NCBI GenBank assembly: GCA_963765675.1
Contig: CAVXXK010000001.1
Coordinates: forward strand, 1,056,001 to 1,120,000
DNA from: an uncultured delta proteobacterium
GTDB taxonomy: Bacteria > Desulfobacterota > Binatia > Binatales > Binataceae
Direction of reading: 5' to 3'
Length of the DNA: 64,000 nucleotides
A program made the position numbers and the translations under genes. This document shows positions 21,616-32,171 of the stretch, piece by piece. The first letter of the stretch is position 1, and each line of letters starts with the position of its first letter. The notes under the pieces were generated by a model. It saw nothing but the letters and a program-made list of their open reading frames with translations. It was not told where the DNA came from and did no database searches.

Positions 21616-23346
21616 GTGATCTTGAATTCAATGGAAAGGTTTGATCGGGTCTTCTGGCGGCGGCTGTGGCGGCTTGCGAAACCGTTTTGGGTTTCGGATC
21701 AGAAACGCAAAGCGCGCACCCTTCTGGCCGTAATACTCGTGATGATTCTACTGTTCGTCGGCTTCTCGGCGGTCTTCAGCTATATCAGCCGCGACGTGGT
21801 CGACGCGTTGCAGAAATACAATCAGAAGCGATTTGACTTCCTGCTGATAGTCTCTTTCATTTGGATCTGTTTCGTCATGGTGGTTTATCCATTCCTGCCC
21901 TACCTCATTGGCAGGCTTCAGATTCTCTGGCGCGAATGGATGACCGAGTGGTTCGTCGGCGCGGGATTCCGCCATCATGCCTTTTACCAGATGAACCTGG
22001 ACGGCAAGATCGACAATCCCGACCAGCGCATCCAGCAGGACCTCAACTCGTTCACCAGCTCGACGCTCAACTATATCAACAGCCTGGTGGGTTCGCTCGT
22101 GATGGCGGGCGCTTTCTTCGGAATCCTGTGGACGATCTCGCACTGGCTGGCGATCTCGCTGATCGCTTATTCGGTTATCGGCACCTACGTCGCCGTTATC
22201 GTGGGCCGCCGCCTGATCGTGATCAATTTCAATCAGGAACGCTACGAAGCGGACTTCCGCTTCGACCTGGTCCACGTGCGCGACAACGCCGAATCGATCG
22301 CGATGTACGGTGGCGAAGCGCAGGAGCATCGCGAGCTGAGCCGCCGCTTCGGATGGGTGGTCTCGAACTTCAAGCTGCTGCTTCAGTGGCAGCTATATCT
22401 TGGCTTCGTTCAGACCGCGTACGACAACTCGGTCAACGTGGTGCCGTGGGTCGTGCTGGCTGGCGTCTATTTCTCGCACAAGATCCAGATGGGACAAATC
22501 TTTCAGGCGGTGGCCGCCTTTGGCGCGGTCAAGGGCACCCTCGCCCTCGTGATCAGTTCCTTTCAGGACCTGACCAGTTACGCCACGGTGGTGAATCGGC
22601 TCGCAACCTATATCGAGGAGTGCGATGCGGCCCGTGTGGCCGAAGGCAGCCCCGGAATCGAGATCGCCGAGGAGCAGCGTATCGCTCTAGAAGATGTCTC
22701 GCTCGAGACTCCGGACGGACAAAGCCAACTCGTCGAGAATTTGTCGGTCGATGTCAAAGACGGTGAGCGGTTACTGATCACGGGCGCGAGCGGTGTCGGA
22801 AAGACCTCGCTGACCCGCGCGATCGCGGGTATCTGGCGCACAGGCAGCGGACGAATCGTGCGGCCGCCGCTCGAGGACATGATGTTCCTGCCGCAGCGGC
22901 CCTACATGATTCTGGGTTCGTTGCGGGCGCAGCTATGCTATCCGCGCGCGAAAGACGCCGGCGACGATGATCTGCACCGCGTCCTCGCCGAGGTCAATCT
23001 TGCCGATCTGCCCGCGCGCGTCGGCGGTCTGGACGCTGAGCGCAACTGGTCCGAGATCCTGTCGCAGGGCGAGCAGCAGCGTCTCGCGTTCGCGCGCTTG
23101 ATCCTCAACCTGCCGCGGTTTGCGTTTCTGGACGAGGCGACCAGCGCGCTCGACCCGGCCAACGAAACGATGCTCTATCGGCGCCTAATCGAAAGTCCAA
23201 TCGTCCTGGTCAGCGTCGGCCATCGCACGAGCCTCGCACAGTATCACGATACGAATTTAGAGCTGAAAGAAAACGGCAAATGGGAGATTCACGTGCTCGG
23301 CGATTCCGGCCAATCCGGACCAGCCGCCGCGACCGCCCGCGATTAA
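21616..23346 (+). CDS. ABCD/YddA-type ABC transporter (fused permease-ATPase)
   Basis: IDNPDQRI, EADFR...NAESIA, GASGVGKT, LSQGEQQR, LDEATSALD. Confidence 0.92.
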   Translation: MILNSMERFDRVFWRRLWRLAKPFWVSDQKRKARTLLAVILVMILLFVGFSAVFSYISRDVVDALQKYNQKRFDFLLIVSFIWICFVMVVYPFLPYLIGRLQILWREWMTEWFVGAGFRHHAFYQMNLDGKIDNPDQRIQQDLNSFTSSTLNYINSLVGSLVMAGAFFGILWTISHWLAISLIAYSVIGTYVAVIVGRRLIVINFNQERYEADFRFDLVHVRDNAESIAMYGGEAQEHRELSRRFGWVVSNFKLLLQWQLYLGFVQTAYDNSVNVVPWVVLAGVYFSHKIQMGQIFQAVAAFGAVKGTLALVISSFQDLTSYATVVNRLATYIEECDAARVAEGSPGIEIAEEQRIALEDVSLETPDGQSQLVENLSVDVKDGERLLITGASGVGKTSLTRAIAGIWRTGSGRIVRPPLEDMMFLPQRPYMILGSLRAQLCYPRAKDAGDDDLHRVLAEVNLADLPARVGGLDAERNWSEILSQGEQQRLAFARLILNLPRFAFLDEATSALDPANETMLYRRLIESPIVLVSVGHRTSLAQYHDTNLELKENGKWEIHVLGDSGQSGPAAATARD

Positions 23347-23412
23347 CATGCAGCGTGGTTCGCTCCGCCGGCCCAATGGTCAATGCGAACGTAGCGACCC
23401 GTGAGCCATCGC

Positions 23413-25419
23413 TTACGGGATGGCGACAGTTCCGGAAGTCGCGATTTGCAGCTTCCAGTTTGCAATCTCCTGATACTTCTGAGTATCCAGCAGGCTTGCA
23501 AACTTGATGAGCCGCGCAGTATCGGGTCCATGTCCCTCTTCTGAGCGCTGGCGCAGGTAGTAGGGTGGAATGCTCTGGTAATACAGCGTCGCCTGAATTG
23601 CGGCCGGAGTACCCGCAATCTGAGCGAGTGGTATTTCATACCGGACCGTGCTGCAACCGCATTCCCCCTGATAGCTCGGATCCGCGCCAGTGCCGACCGG
23701 GGCCGTTATTTCCGCGTTTGGCCCCTCGGGATCGCGTCCTTTAGGTTGGAGCCGGTTATCTTTGAGCTTATGGTCCAGACTGAGAAAACTGGTGGTCAAC
23801 ATGCCTTGCGGATCAACCATCAGCTCCTCATAGATCTGTACCTGCTTGTCACTGGAGATAGGCGCGCCCTGCCAGAAGTGCGGTTGAAACGTCTGTTGAG
23901 AAGGGCTGAAAAACTCGGTTTTCAAGGGTGTTCCCGAATTATCGACGATCACGCCAGCGGCGTTGGTGTTGCCCGAAGCCCACAACACATTTCCCGTCGC
24001 ATCCAGCACCTGGAAGTTGAGAAACGCGCGGCGGAAGCTCACCCCGCTGGGGAAGTTGTGGCCCGCCAGATTCTGGACCATCACATCGGCGATGAGATTG
24101 CCGGCATCTTCGGCGATCGAGGCAACCTGGACCGTGGCGGTGGCGGTCTGAGCCTGTTGGACACTTCCGGCTACTGCGCTTCGTCGTGCAGAAATTTGGT
24201 CTCTCAGATCGCCAGGAAGATTGGGGTCGAACTTGAACAGGCCAAGATCGGTCCGAAACTGATCGAACATCTCGAGCGCGAAGAGATTGATTCCGAGCAG
24301 TTGATGGCGGCTATAGGGCGTCCGATCTTGCAGGATCAGGTCTATGTCCGGCAAGCGCGTTGACGGTCCGGTCTCAGGAACCGCCGGAAACGTCGAGTCC
24401 TCGATATTCGCGATTTTGAACTGGAGATCGGTGCCCTGATATTGGGTTGGCATGTGGCATTCCTGGCACGGTACGGATGCGAAATCGCTGTTCAACCATT
24501 CCAGAAAGGTCGTCTGTTCGTATTCGGTTTTGGGTTCGCCATTTTCGATGACCTGACGCCCGTTTGCGTCAAAAACGGGCAAGATAATCACGTGGCACGA
24601 CGCGCAGATCGCCGCGGACTCGACCTGTGGCCCCATTTTGGGAAGCACGCCCAGTGCATTCGCCATCGGCAGCGGGATAACACTTTCGTCAATCTTCCCA
24701 CCGTCCGGGTCGTAGTTGGACGGAAACGGGCCATAAACCTCATTGGCCGGTCCGATGTTGAAGAGGCCCGTGTAGGTCGAAGCCTCGCCCAGGTCTTGTG
24801 CGGACATGTGATGGCATACGGTACACGACACACCGTCGCGAGCGAGTGCGCCGTACTCGGAACGCGGATCTGACAGCATCTTTCTGGTGAAGAGCTTGTC
24901 GGGCTGATTAGCGTGGTCCATATGGAACTGGCGCTGGCCCATCACTCCGTGGCACCGAAAGCAGAAATCCTGGACGAACGCGGCGCCATCTGGTTTGCCC
25001 TCGAGATGTCGATGCAGTGTGGATTCGGTGTCGAGCTGGGCGAAGAAGATCGGATCGCGGCCCGAAAGCGCCATCATCGAGTAACGCCACTCGCCATACT
25101 GCGAGAGATTCACGGGGACATTGTCGGCGCCGCTGTAGATCATATTGGGGACAAAACCGGCGAGCGTCCCGGTCGCATCGTGGCAACTGGCGCACTGGTC
25201 GGAAGTCAGGAATTCCTGCGGTCCTCCGTTATGGGCGCTGGGAGACCACACGTGGTCGAACGCCTCGGAAACCATGCACGGCACCTTCGTGTTCGCCAAA
25301 GGCCTGAGATTGGCGAACACTAAACTCGACAGGAGCGGAGAAGACGAAGGCGCGAGTCTCGCCTCCTGATCGCGCGTATCTTCAATCTGAAATGGATGGT
25401 GCATATCCAAGCCCGGCAA
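23413..25419 (-). pseudogene. multiheme (5x CxxCH) cytochrome c, N-terminally truncated
   Basis: CASCH, CFRCH, CTVCH, CASCH, CQECH; no signal peptide; in-frame TAA at 25435-25437 just upstream. Confidence 0.75.
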
Positions 25420-25496
25420 CCGACGATCTGCGCCTTAAGGGAAACTAGCCCCTCCCGCTTTTACTCGCCCTAGGCCTCGCTGCCACAGGACCAAGA

Positions 25497-25868
25497 TTAG
25501 AAACTGTTGCTGGTACAGTTCAAAGACGGCCCTACGCCCGTGCAGTGGGTCATAGTCTGACTGGGAACAGAATGATTACTCTCCCCGCCACCAAGCACTA
25601 CAGCCGGATGTGGATGCCGGGCCTGATACTCCGCAAGGTCAGCTTCGTAGATCGCCTTTTGACTATCACACTTCGCCGGGTTGTCGGCGGAACGCAGGCA
25701 GGCTTCATATGCCACTTTTGAAGTTTGTAGGTCCTCTGAAGATTGGGAAGCCGCCTTTTGAGCCTGAACAAGTTCGTGTGTTTGTCGTACCAGACCACAA
25801 CCGGCAAGTAAGATTGTAAACAAAAGAGCAAGAAACGTCATTTGCGTTATTCTACCCGCAACATACAT
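25497..25868 (-). CDS. putative lipoprotein (island cargo)
   Basis: LLAGC lipobox; Cys pairs; AT-richer DNA than flanking core genes. Confidence 0.65.
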   Translation of the reverse strand: MYVAGRITQMTFLALLFTILLAGCGLVRQTHELVQAQKAASQSSEDLQTSKVAYEACLRSADNPAKCDSQKAIYEADLAEYQARHPHPAVVLGGGESNHSVPSQTMTHCTGVGPSLNCTSNSF

Positions 25869-26436
25869 CGGGTCAAAGAAATCCGTGCGGGAAGACCGCT
25901 TAGAAAAGGCGAACCGCGCCGGTATTGAGGGCTAAAGAGGAGGCTGTGCCGGGAAACCTAGAACATAATCAGCGGAGTAAAGAACGGAAAGAACAAGATC
26001 GCGAAAAAGCCCTAGATTTCCTACAGCTTCTGACAGGACTTCGGAGAGGGGAAGTGTTCGGCTTGGAGTGGCGGGACGTGGATTTGCCGACTGCGATCAT
26101 CACAGTCCGCGATCCGAAGGAAGGCGAGACTAAGCGGCTGCCGATTTCGGACGCCGTTCGCGATCTGTTGATGGCTCAGAATCCGCAGGAAGCAGGGCGA
26201 GTGTTTCCTTGGGATGCGCACAACTTCATCAACCGGGTGTTCATCCCGGCGGTGCGCAAGGCGGAGATTCGGGACTTCCGATTCCACGATCTCCGGCACA
26301 CGTTCGCCTCAAGACTCGCCATGCGTGGCGTGGACTTGTTCACGGTTGGAAAGCTTATGGGGCATCATGGCACGCGGATGACCGAACGCTATGCGCACCT
26401 GAGCAATCAGCATCTTCGGGACGCGGTGCAGGCGCT

Positions 26437-26458
26437 AGGTGCCACTACAGGTGCCACT
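26437..26458 (+). repeat. AGGTGCCACT direct repeat, putative arm-type integrase sites
   Basis: Two 10-mers separated by 2 nt, ~25 bp from the att copy. Confidence 0.55.
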
Positions 26459-26482
26459 CGACTGTATGAGGAAACAAAAAGA

Positions 26483-26527
26483 TGGTGGACGCAGCAGGAT
26501 TTGAACCTGCGACCCCATGCATGTGAG
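26483..26527 (-). repeat. att site: 45-bp duplicate of tRNA-Val 3' half
   Basis: Identical to 34137-34181; identity starts exactly at the 7-nt anticodon loop CTCACAT and runs through CCA. Confidence 0.95.
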
Positions 26528-26658
26528 TAGTGGAAACGGCCATTTCGCCGGTATCTCTTGGTAGCGTTCAATATGCTTCAAACCCCTGTCGGTTAAGGGC
26601 TTTCTCGCTTTCTGGAGGGACCGCGATAGCTGCCGAGTGATACCGAAATTCACTGAGG

Positions 26659-26680
26659 GTACCCACAAAATCCCCCACAG
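26659..26680 (+). repeat. arm-type site pair GTACCCACAAAATCCCCCACAG
   Basis: Matches GTCCCCACAAAAGTCCCCACAG at 34046-34067 at the other end of the element. Confidence 0.7.
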
Positions 26681-27339
26681 CACAGCGTGTACGGATGGTA
26701 ATACACCGAGTAGGACAGGCGTCATCTCGCACTGGCCTGCCGGGCCATCCCAAAGTCCGAGCCACCCTCGAGCATCGAGAGCGCGCTACGATCTGGATAG
26801 GACCGCAAAGGCATCGGACATTTCAAGGTTGTACCTACGACATTGGGGGTGCTGCGAGGCGTTCCGGGTCGGGCGGAGCGGACCGCCCGGGCTCCCGATT
26901 GGCAGGATGATGATAGGCCGGTAGTCTTATCCCCGACGTATGGCGTTCGATCACGAATCAGCGATCCGCGCTCGCGCACGTTCACACGGGCTGCGCCGGG
27001 CGCGTTTCTGGCGGGCGCTGGGGTTCCCAAACCTGGTGCGCGCGCGAGCGGCGCGGTGGGGGAAAGCCGCGCCTGCGCAATCAGATCGGGACGGTTTACA
27101 AATGCCCAAACCGCCCGAGTGAACCTAATCGGGCGCTTCCGGGAAGCAGTCGATAAGCTTGGCGCCGGGTTCCCCGGCGTCCGGCCCGATCGAGGTTTGC
27201 CCGCTTCAGTACCGTGCCGCGCGCCTAGCAATACCCAGTAGACTCCTTTGTCGGGATTTCATACATATTGTAGCGTATGAAGCTCCTATTTAGCCGTCGC
27301 TTGCTCGGCCGTCAAAAAAAGCGCGAGGAGGAGCGCGCG

Positions 27340-28245
27340 ATGAGAATCGGCGTTAGCCAGCTCCTTGCCCGGATCGCGTTGTGCGTTGCGGTGATCGGTG
27401 TTTGCCCCGCGTGCGTCGATCGGGCGCTTCAAGCGCAGGTAACGCCAGCGCAGGAGCAGGCGGCTGAACAGGCTATTGAGGCTCAGTGGGCAGCGCAGGC
27501 CGCGCAGCGCCACCAGCAAGCCGAGGAGCAAGCCGATAAGGATAAGCGCGAGCTTGCAGCGGACCTCGCCAGCGAGCGCGCCAATTGCTCAAAGGGCGGC
27601 CCACGGAACCCGGACGTGATCGCCGCCTGCGCACATTACGCGGCGGACAAGGAGGTTGCCGCCAATCGCCCCGATCCCGACCTCGGCCACGACGCCTATT
27701 CGGCGTACCGCGACAAGCTGCGAGACCAGGCCCTGGTGGAGGCGTTTCGCCTTGCTTGCTCGAAAAGCAGCGGGCAGAGCAGCGACTCGTGCATTGCTTA
27801 TCGGGCATCAAAGCTGATCGCAGAGCAGTGCCCCGATCCGAACCAAGACTCCACGGCCCATGAATCTTGCCGGCGCGACCTTACACTATTGGCCAAAGCG
27901 ATGATGACATGCATGAATCACCACGATCAGAGCGCGTGCATAGATATCCAGGATGCAATCGCCACTGCCAAGCGCCAGCAGAAGGAGCAAGCCGCACAGC
28001 AAAAGCAGGCCGCACAGATGGTCCAGGCCATACAGCAAGAACAGGCCCTACAGATTCAGGAGCAGGCCGCGGTCGCGTTACAAGCGCAAGCTCAAGCGCA
28101 ACAGGAACAGGCGCGGACACTCTGCTATCAACAAATGACGGCGCCCGACTCGTTTCAGATCGAATCGACGGGGACAGGCTTCCAGGTGACGCCATATAAC
28201 CGTAATCTGGCCGCTCCCATCACCGCCTATTGGAGCTGTCGCTAA
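27340..28245 (+). CDS. exported Cys-rich / Gln-Ala-rich protein, possible lipoprotein
   Basis: Hydrophobic N-terminus ending CPAC; several Cys pairs; Q/A-rich coiled-coil stretches. Confidence 0.65.
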   Translation: MRIGVSQLLARIALCVAVIGVCPACVDRALQAQVTPAQEQAAEQAIEAQWAAQAAQRHQQAEEQADKDKRELAADLASERANCSKGGPRNPDVIAACAHYAADKEVAANRPDPDLGHDAYSAYRDKLRDQALVEAFRLACSKSSGQSSDSCIAYRASKLIAEQCPDPNQDSTAHESCRRDLTLLAKAMMTCMNHHDQSACIDIQDAIATAKRQQKEQAAQQKQAAQMVQAIQQEQALQIQEQAAVALQAQAQAQQEQARTLCYQQMTAPDSFQIESTGTGFQVTPYNRNLAAPITAYWSCR

Positions 28246-28260
28246 AAGGAGGAACGCGGA

Positions 28261-28788
28261 ATGATGAAGCTCTTAAAGACACTCGCCAGTGGTGCAGCCG
28301 CCGCGGTTCTGATCACGGGAGTAATCGCGGTATCGGCGCGATACGTGCCCGCTCAAGAAGCCGACGACACCCCGCAGGTGACCTATGGCCCCCCAATTGC
28401 CCAGCCGGAAGCGAGGCAGCCGTTTAATTTCTACGGATGCTGGAACGGGGAAATTGACGTTGATGCTGGCGGCTCCGGCACTGGGTATCTGTATCTCCTT
28501 CAGAGCGGGAAAAAGTTCACTCAGGGCACGAACGCCGAACTCAACTTACCCGATGGATCGACCGTAGACGGGGAGCTCACCGGTAGCGCGGGCCCGGTAT
28601 CCTTTCACCTAAAGTATCCAAAACACGTTTACAGTAAGTCCTGTCATGGGAGGTTCGACGGCAGAATAGAGTCGGGTAATCTGGTTGGGACTTTTGATCT
28701 CAAAGGGTGTGGTGTCAACGTTGCCGGAACGTTCGACTTTACTTTCGCCGTCGAACCGTTCGGGGGCTGCTCGGCGATCACGGATTGA
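28261..28788 (+). CDS. secreted beta-rich hypothetical protein
   Basis: AAAGGAGG SD, signal peptide, G.W.G beta-strand pattern, four Cys. Confidence 0.7.
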   Translation: MMKLLKTLASGAAAAVLITGVIAVSARYVPAQEADDTPQVTYGPPIAQPEARQPFNFYGCWNGEIDVDAGGSGTGYLYLLQSGKKFTQGTNAELNLPDGSTVDGELTGSAGPVSFHLKYPKHVYSKSCHGRFDGRIESGNLVGTFDLKGCGVNVAGTFDFTFAVEPFGGCSAITD

Positions 28789-28964
28789 AATCCGCGCGAA
28801 GGCGGAGCGGCGCTGATTTTCCCCCGCGCCGCGGCGGTTTAGAATTGCCTGGACGTGAAGCCGCGCACGCGCGGGAAAAGCGCGGACAGGCGCTCCAGGT
28901 GCGACGGGGCATAGGCGGACGCGCGTGGACGCGGTATGCTACCGATGATGCTGGAGCGATACCC

Positions 28965-29145
28965 ATGAATCTGAAGTTTTCCGGTTACATTGGAGACCGA
29001 CGAAGATGGCTGGCTCGTCGCTGAGTGTCCAGCGCTTCCAGGCTGCGTCAGCCAAGGGCGCGAAGCGATCATCGCATCGCTCGAAACCCGCCGGTTCCTC
29101 GGGCTTCCAAATGGAATCCAGGTGGCCGAGGGTGAACCGCCATGA
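28965..29145 (+). pseudogene. degenerate HicB-like antitoxin
   Basis: After a +1 shift at the T run near 28980: PVTLETDEDGWLVAECPALPGCVSQGR/EAII; the usual T.EEAL.N segment is missing. Confidence 0.75.
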
Positions 29146-29366
29146 ACGCGGATGAAATCCGGCTCGAAATCGAAATCGATCGCGAAGTGGACGGCCGCTG
29201 GATCGCAGAAATTCGCGCGCTGCCCGGAGTGATGGCCTACGGCCCATCACGTGAAGCCGCGATCGCGGGCGTTAAGGTGCTGGCCTTGCGCGTCATCGCC
29301 GATGAAATCGAACATGGCGAGCGCCCGCGCGATCCCGCCAGCGTGCTTTTCGACCTTGCCGCGTGA
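29142..29366 (+). CDS. hicB: HicB family antitoxin (short form)
   Basis: DGRWIAEI.ALPGVMAYG.SREAA motif. Confidence 0.88.
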   Translation: MNADEIRLEIEIDREVDGRWIAEIRALPGVMAYGPSREAAIAGVKVLALRVIADEIEHGERPRDPASVLFDLAA

Positions 29367-29575
29367 GCCAGTGGCCGGCCGCCAAGGCCAGGCGCGTGCT
29401 GGCCGCGCTCCTACGCATCGGCTGGCGAATTAAGCGCCAGTCTGGTTCCCATCGCCGCCTATCCCGGCCCGGTTGGCCTGACTACACTTTCGCGTTTCAC
29501 GATGATGCCGAAATCGGCCCCGCAATGCTCACGCGCATGGCGGAGCAAACCGGGCTTAAGCCGCAGGACCTGTGA
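29363..29575 (+). CDS. hicA: HicA family mRNase toxin
   Basis: GW...RQSGSH motif, FAFHD.EIGP..L; GTGA overlap with hicB. Confidence 0.9.
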   Translation: MSQWPAAKARRVLAALLRIGWRIKRQSGSHRRLSRPGWPDYTFAFHDDAEIGPAMLTRMAEQTGLKPQDL

Positions 29576-29589
29576 CAGCACTACTGCGC

Positions 29590-30048
29590 TCATTGCGGGA
29601 GCAACTCCGTGATTTCGCGCGGGAGCCGGTCCAGGCGTGCGGCGATTTCGTAGGCGCTTTGATAGTCGCGATGCTCGATTGCGACGGCGATCCGATCCTG
29701 AAGTTCACGGCAATGCAAAAGCGCGACGGTATGCGCGGCCGGGGGAAGCCCATACATCGCGGCTTCGGCGGAGAGCGCGGCTTTGGCGATCGTGGCAATC
29801 GCCAGATCGTTCAGAAAGGGCGAGCGCGGCTGGCGGGCGATGGCGTCGGCGATCCTGCCCAGATCGATCGGCAGCGTCCGCTCGGGGTCGGGCGCCAGCA
29901 GGCGGAGCAAGTCAGCTTTCGCCTCACGGATGGCGAGACGGTCGGCGGCGCTTAGCTTGCTCGCGGGCTCCACGATCAGGCGGCCGTCTTCGATAAGGAA
30001 CCGGATGCCACGCGGGGCCAGTCGCTCGACTATCTCTTGAGCGGTCAT
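29590..30048 (-). CDS. primase-associated hypothetical protein (TubC-N-like N-terminus)
   Basis: L..RGI.F.IEDGRL........L....I...K..LL..L pattern; overlaps the helicase stop. Confidence 0.6.
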   Translation of the reverse strand: MTAQEIVERLAPRGIRFLIEDGRLIVEPASKLSAADRLAIREAKADLLRLLAPDPERTLPIDLGRIADAIARQPRSPFLNDLAIATIAKAALSAEAAMYGLPPAAHTVALLHCRELQDRIAVAIEHRDYQSAYEIAARLDRLPREITELLPQ

Positions 30049-31889
30049 GGTTCGTACCTATCCGTTTCCGGCCCCCTTTCCGCCGCCCCCAGCCGGTTAC
30101 TTACCTGACCGGTCGGCAAGGAAATGCGATCATCAAATCCCTTCTCTGCGTGAGACTTTAAGGTGAGCGTTTCCTGCCGGTCCTCTGCCCCAAGGGAGGC
30201 AGGAAACGCAGTTGTTGAAGACCCTCTCCCCGTTGCAGTCTGAGAGTCGTTATTTCCTGCCGGTGGTCTTAGGATGTAGGGGTGTTTGCTAGTACCCGCG
30301 CCATCCATGATCCAGTCCCGGTCGGCCCGATCGTCGATCAGCCGGCGTGCGGCGGCACGGCTCAGCCCCGCGTTAGTAAGTAAGGTGATGGCATCGGGGT
30401 TCTTCGCGATCGGCAGCGCCAGCTTGAGCTTACCGACCGCAAGATCGACCTTCATCTGGTCTGAGTCCTTCGCCTTGCGCTTCACATCTTCGAGCTGCTG
30501 CTCGACCTCGCGCGTAACATCGAGAACGCTCCACGGATCGGTGTCGTGGCGGACCTCGAAACAGAGTGGGTCCGGTTCCTCACCCAACCTGAATTTCGAC
30601 GGCACGAGTGCGAGGCGGTACGCATCCCGCCGCCGTCGGCGTTGGGCGCGTTCACTCCAGGTGTGCTCACCGCTATCTGGCAGAGCATCCCACCACACCC
30701 TATGCTGTGACTCGATTTTTAACTCTGTTGCGTCTCTGACCTCGAATACAATGTCCGCGCGATCGCCTAGGATTCCCGATCCTCTAATTTTTAATGCGAG
30801 CTTGTCGGTATTCGCGAGGAGGAGAATTGCCGGGCCGCGCCTCGCCGCATCGAGCAGAGGGGCCAATCCCGCGCCCGCTTTCCCGCCATCTTTTTCTTCG
30901 ATGCCTTCGGTCGCGGCACTGACCGAATCAAGAATCACAATATCGTAGTCAGCATAAGGGAAAGCTGCCCATGCGTTCTTATCTGTCAGCGCCGGGGCTT
31001 CGTCGCGGGCAATGACCTTAAGCATATCTCCCAGCCCACTCGCACCCCACGCTTTCAATCGACGCTTTATTTCTCTCTTCGGATTATCTCTGTCGATTAT
31101 AAGAATGCGAAGGCCGCGCCGCGCTGCTGCGATTACGAGCCAGTACGCTAAGTTGGTTTTGCCTAAACCTCTCGGGCTGGCGATGATCGTAACTGACTCT
31201 TTTGCAAGTACGCTTTTTTCCAGCCATTGCGCCTCAGGATCAATCGAAGTGAGAAACTTATCTATCTGTATTGCCCGCGCCCACGGCGTCTCAGCGCGCG
31301 CATCCTGCCCGGCCGCTGGCAGCGCCTTTTCCAGGTCTATCGCTGCGACCGCCGGGAGAAATTCATCCAGCGCGCCGCGCGCAACCGTATCCAGCTCTTC
31401 CGTCGATCTCAGTCGCCGACAAGTTGCCGGGCGGCTGGTAGCGTGCCTGCCCGGTCCTCATCGCGACGCGTAAATCCTCGATCAGCGATTCGCGAGCTGC
31501 ATCCCTATCCATTCCTGGTCCCCACTTCTTCGCGCCGGGATTTTGCAGCGCCGCTTTCGCGACTTCCAACAGCTCGAGTTTCCAACTCGTCAGATCGCGG
31601 GCTATATGCCTGCGCGCCATCGGAAGCAGCACCGGGCGACGCCGACTCGGCGTTATCGGATCGATCGACTCCGAGATTGGCGAGCGCCGCGAAAATCTTC
31701 TCTTTGCTTGCATCCGCCCGCGCAGTGTGTCGCCGCGCTGGCCCCCGATCAGCGCGATCTTGAGCATCACTTGCGGCACAGCGGACATTCCCGGCTGAAA
31801 ACCTTGCCCGGTGTGCCCCACGCGAATTGTGGCGCTGATTCCGACGCCTTGGCCAGCGTGGCGAAGTCGGGCGCCGCCACTGCGCTCAT
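30045..31889 (-). pseudogene. Zn-finger primase-like / AAA (RecA-type) helicase replication protein, several frameshifts
   Basis: ATG 31889; CPLC then (shifted) HCAGGC and KIFAAL; a continuous frame below ~31457 has Walker A SPRGLGKT, IIDRDNP, Walker B VILDS and IRGSG. Confidence 0.75.
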
Positions 31890-32086
31890 CGCGGACGGTC
31901 CGGCAGGGCGGGGATCAGCGACTCCGCTACGATCCGATCGATCTCGACTTGAGGGATGCGGACGGCGCGCCCGATTTTGCAACGCGCGATCTTGCGGCGG
32001 CTTGCCCACATTCGCAGTGTGACGACCTTCATGCCGAGCCGCTGCGCGGCCTGTTCCAAGGTGAGGAGATTTTCTCCGGTATTCAT
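31886..32086 (-). CDS. excisionase / HTH_17 DNA-binding protein
   Basis: LLTLEQAAQRLG....TLR.W.....I...KIGR.VRI. Confidence 0.88.
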   Translation of the reverse strand: MNTGENLLTLEQAAQRLGMKVVTLRMWASRRKIARCKIGRAVRIPQVEIDRIVAESLIPALPDRPR

Positions 32087-32096
32087 GCGGTAAGTT

Positions 32097-32114
32097 TAGC
32101 GATGCCAATCGCTA
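32097..32114. promoter_or_regulatory. palindromic operator between divergent xis and regulator-int units
   Basis: TAGCGAT-GCCA-ATCGCTA perfect 7-bp inverted repeat. Confidence 0.55.
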
Positions 32115-32171
32115 TCGACAACGTTCCTATAAAAGATTAAAGTAGTACCGACATGAGGCTTCAATCCTGAA

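Larger units (their letters stand above)
25925..26530 (+). pseudogene. tyrosine integrase, C-terminal catalytic fragment of an older element
   Basis: TGLRRGE, FHDLRHTFAS, LMGH, RYAHL; N-terminal domains missing; ORF reads into the att repeat. Confidence 0.85.

Noticed and set aside
23377-23405. TGGT...GAAC..GCGACCC..GTGAG resembling a decayed third att copy
   Set aside because: Needs large gaps and only short words match; cannot be told from chance.
26483-26527. Second tRNA-Val gene
   Set aside because: Only the 3' half is present; it is the att duplication.
27960-28110. CAG/GCA-rich quasi-repeats
   Set aside because: Explained by Gln/Ala-rich coding; no repeat-spacer structure. No CRISPR array was seen anywhere in the window.
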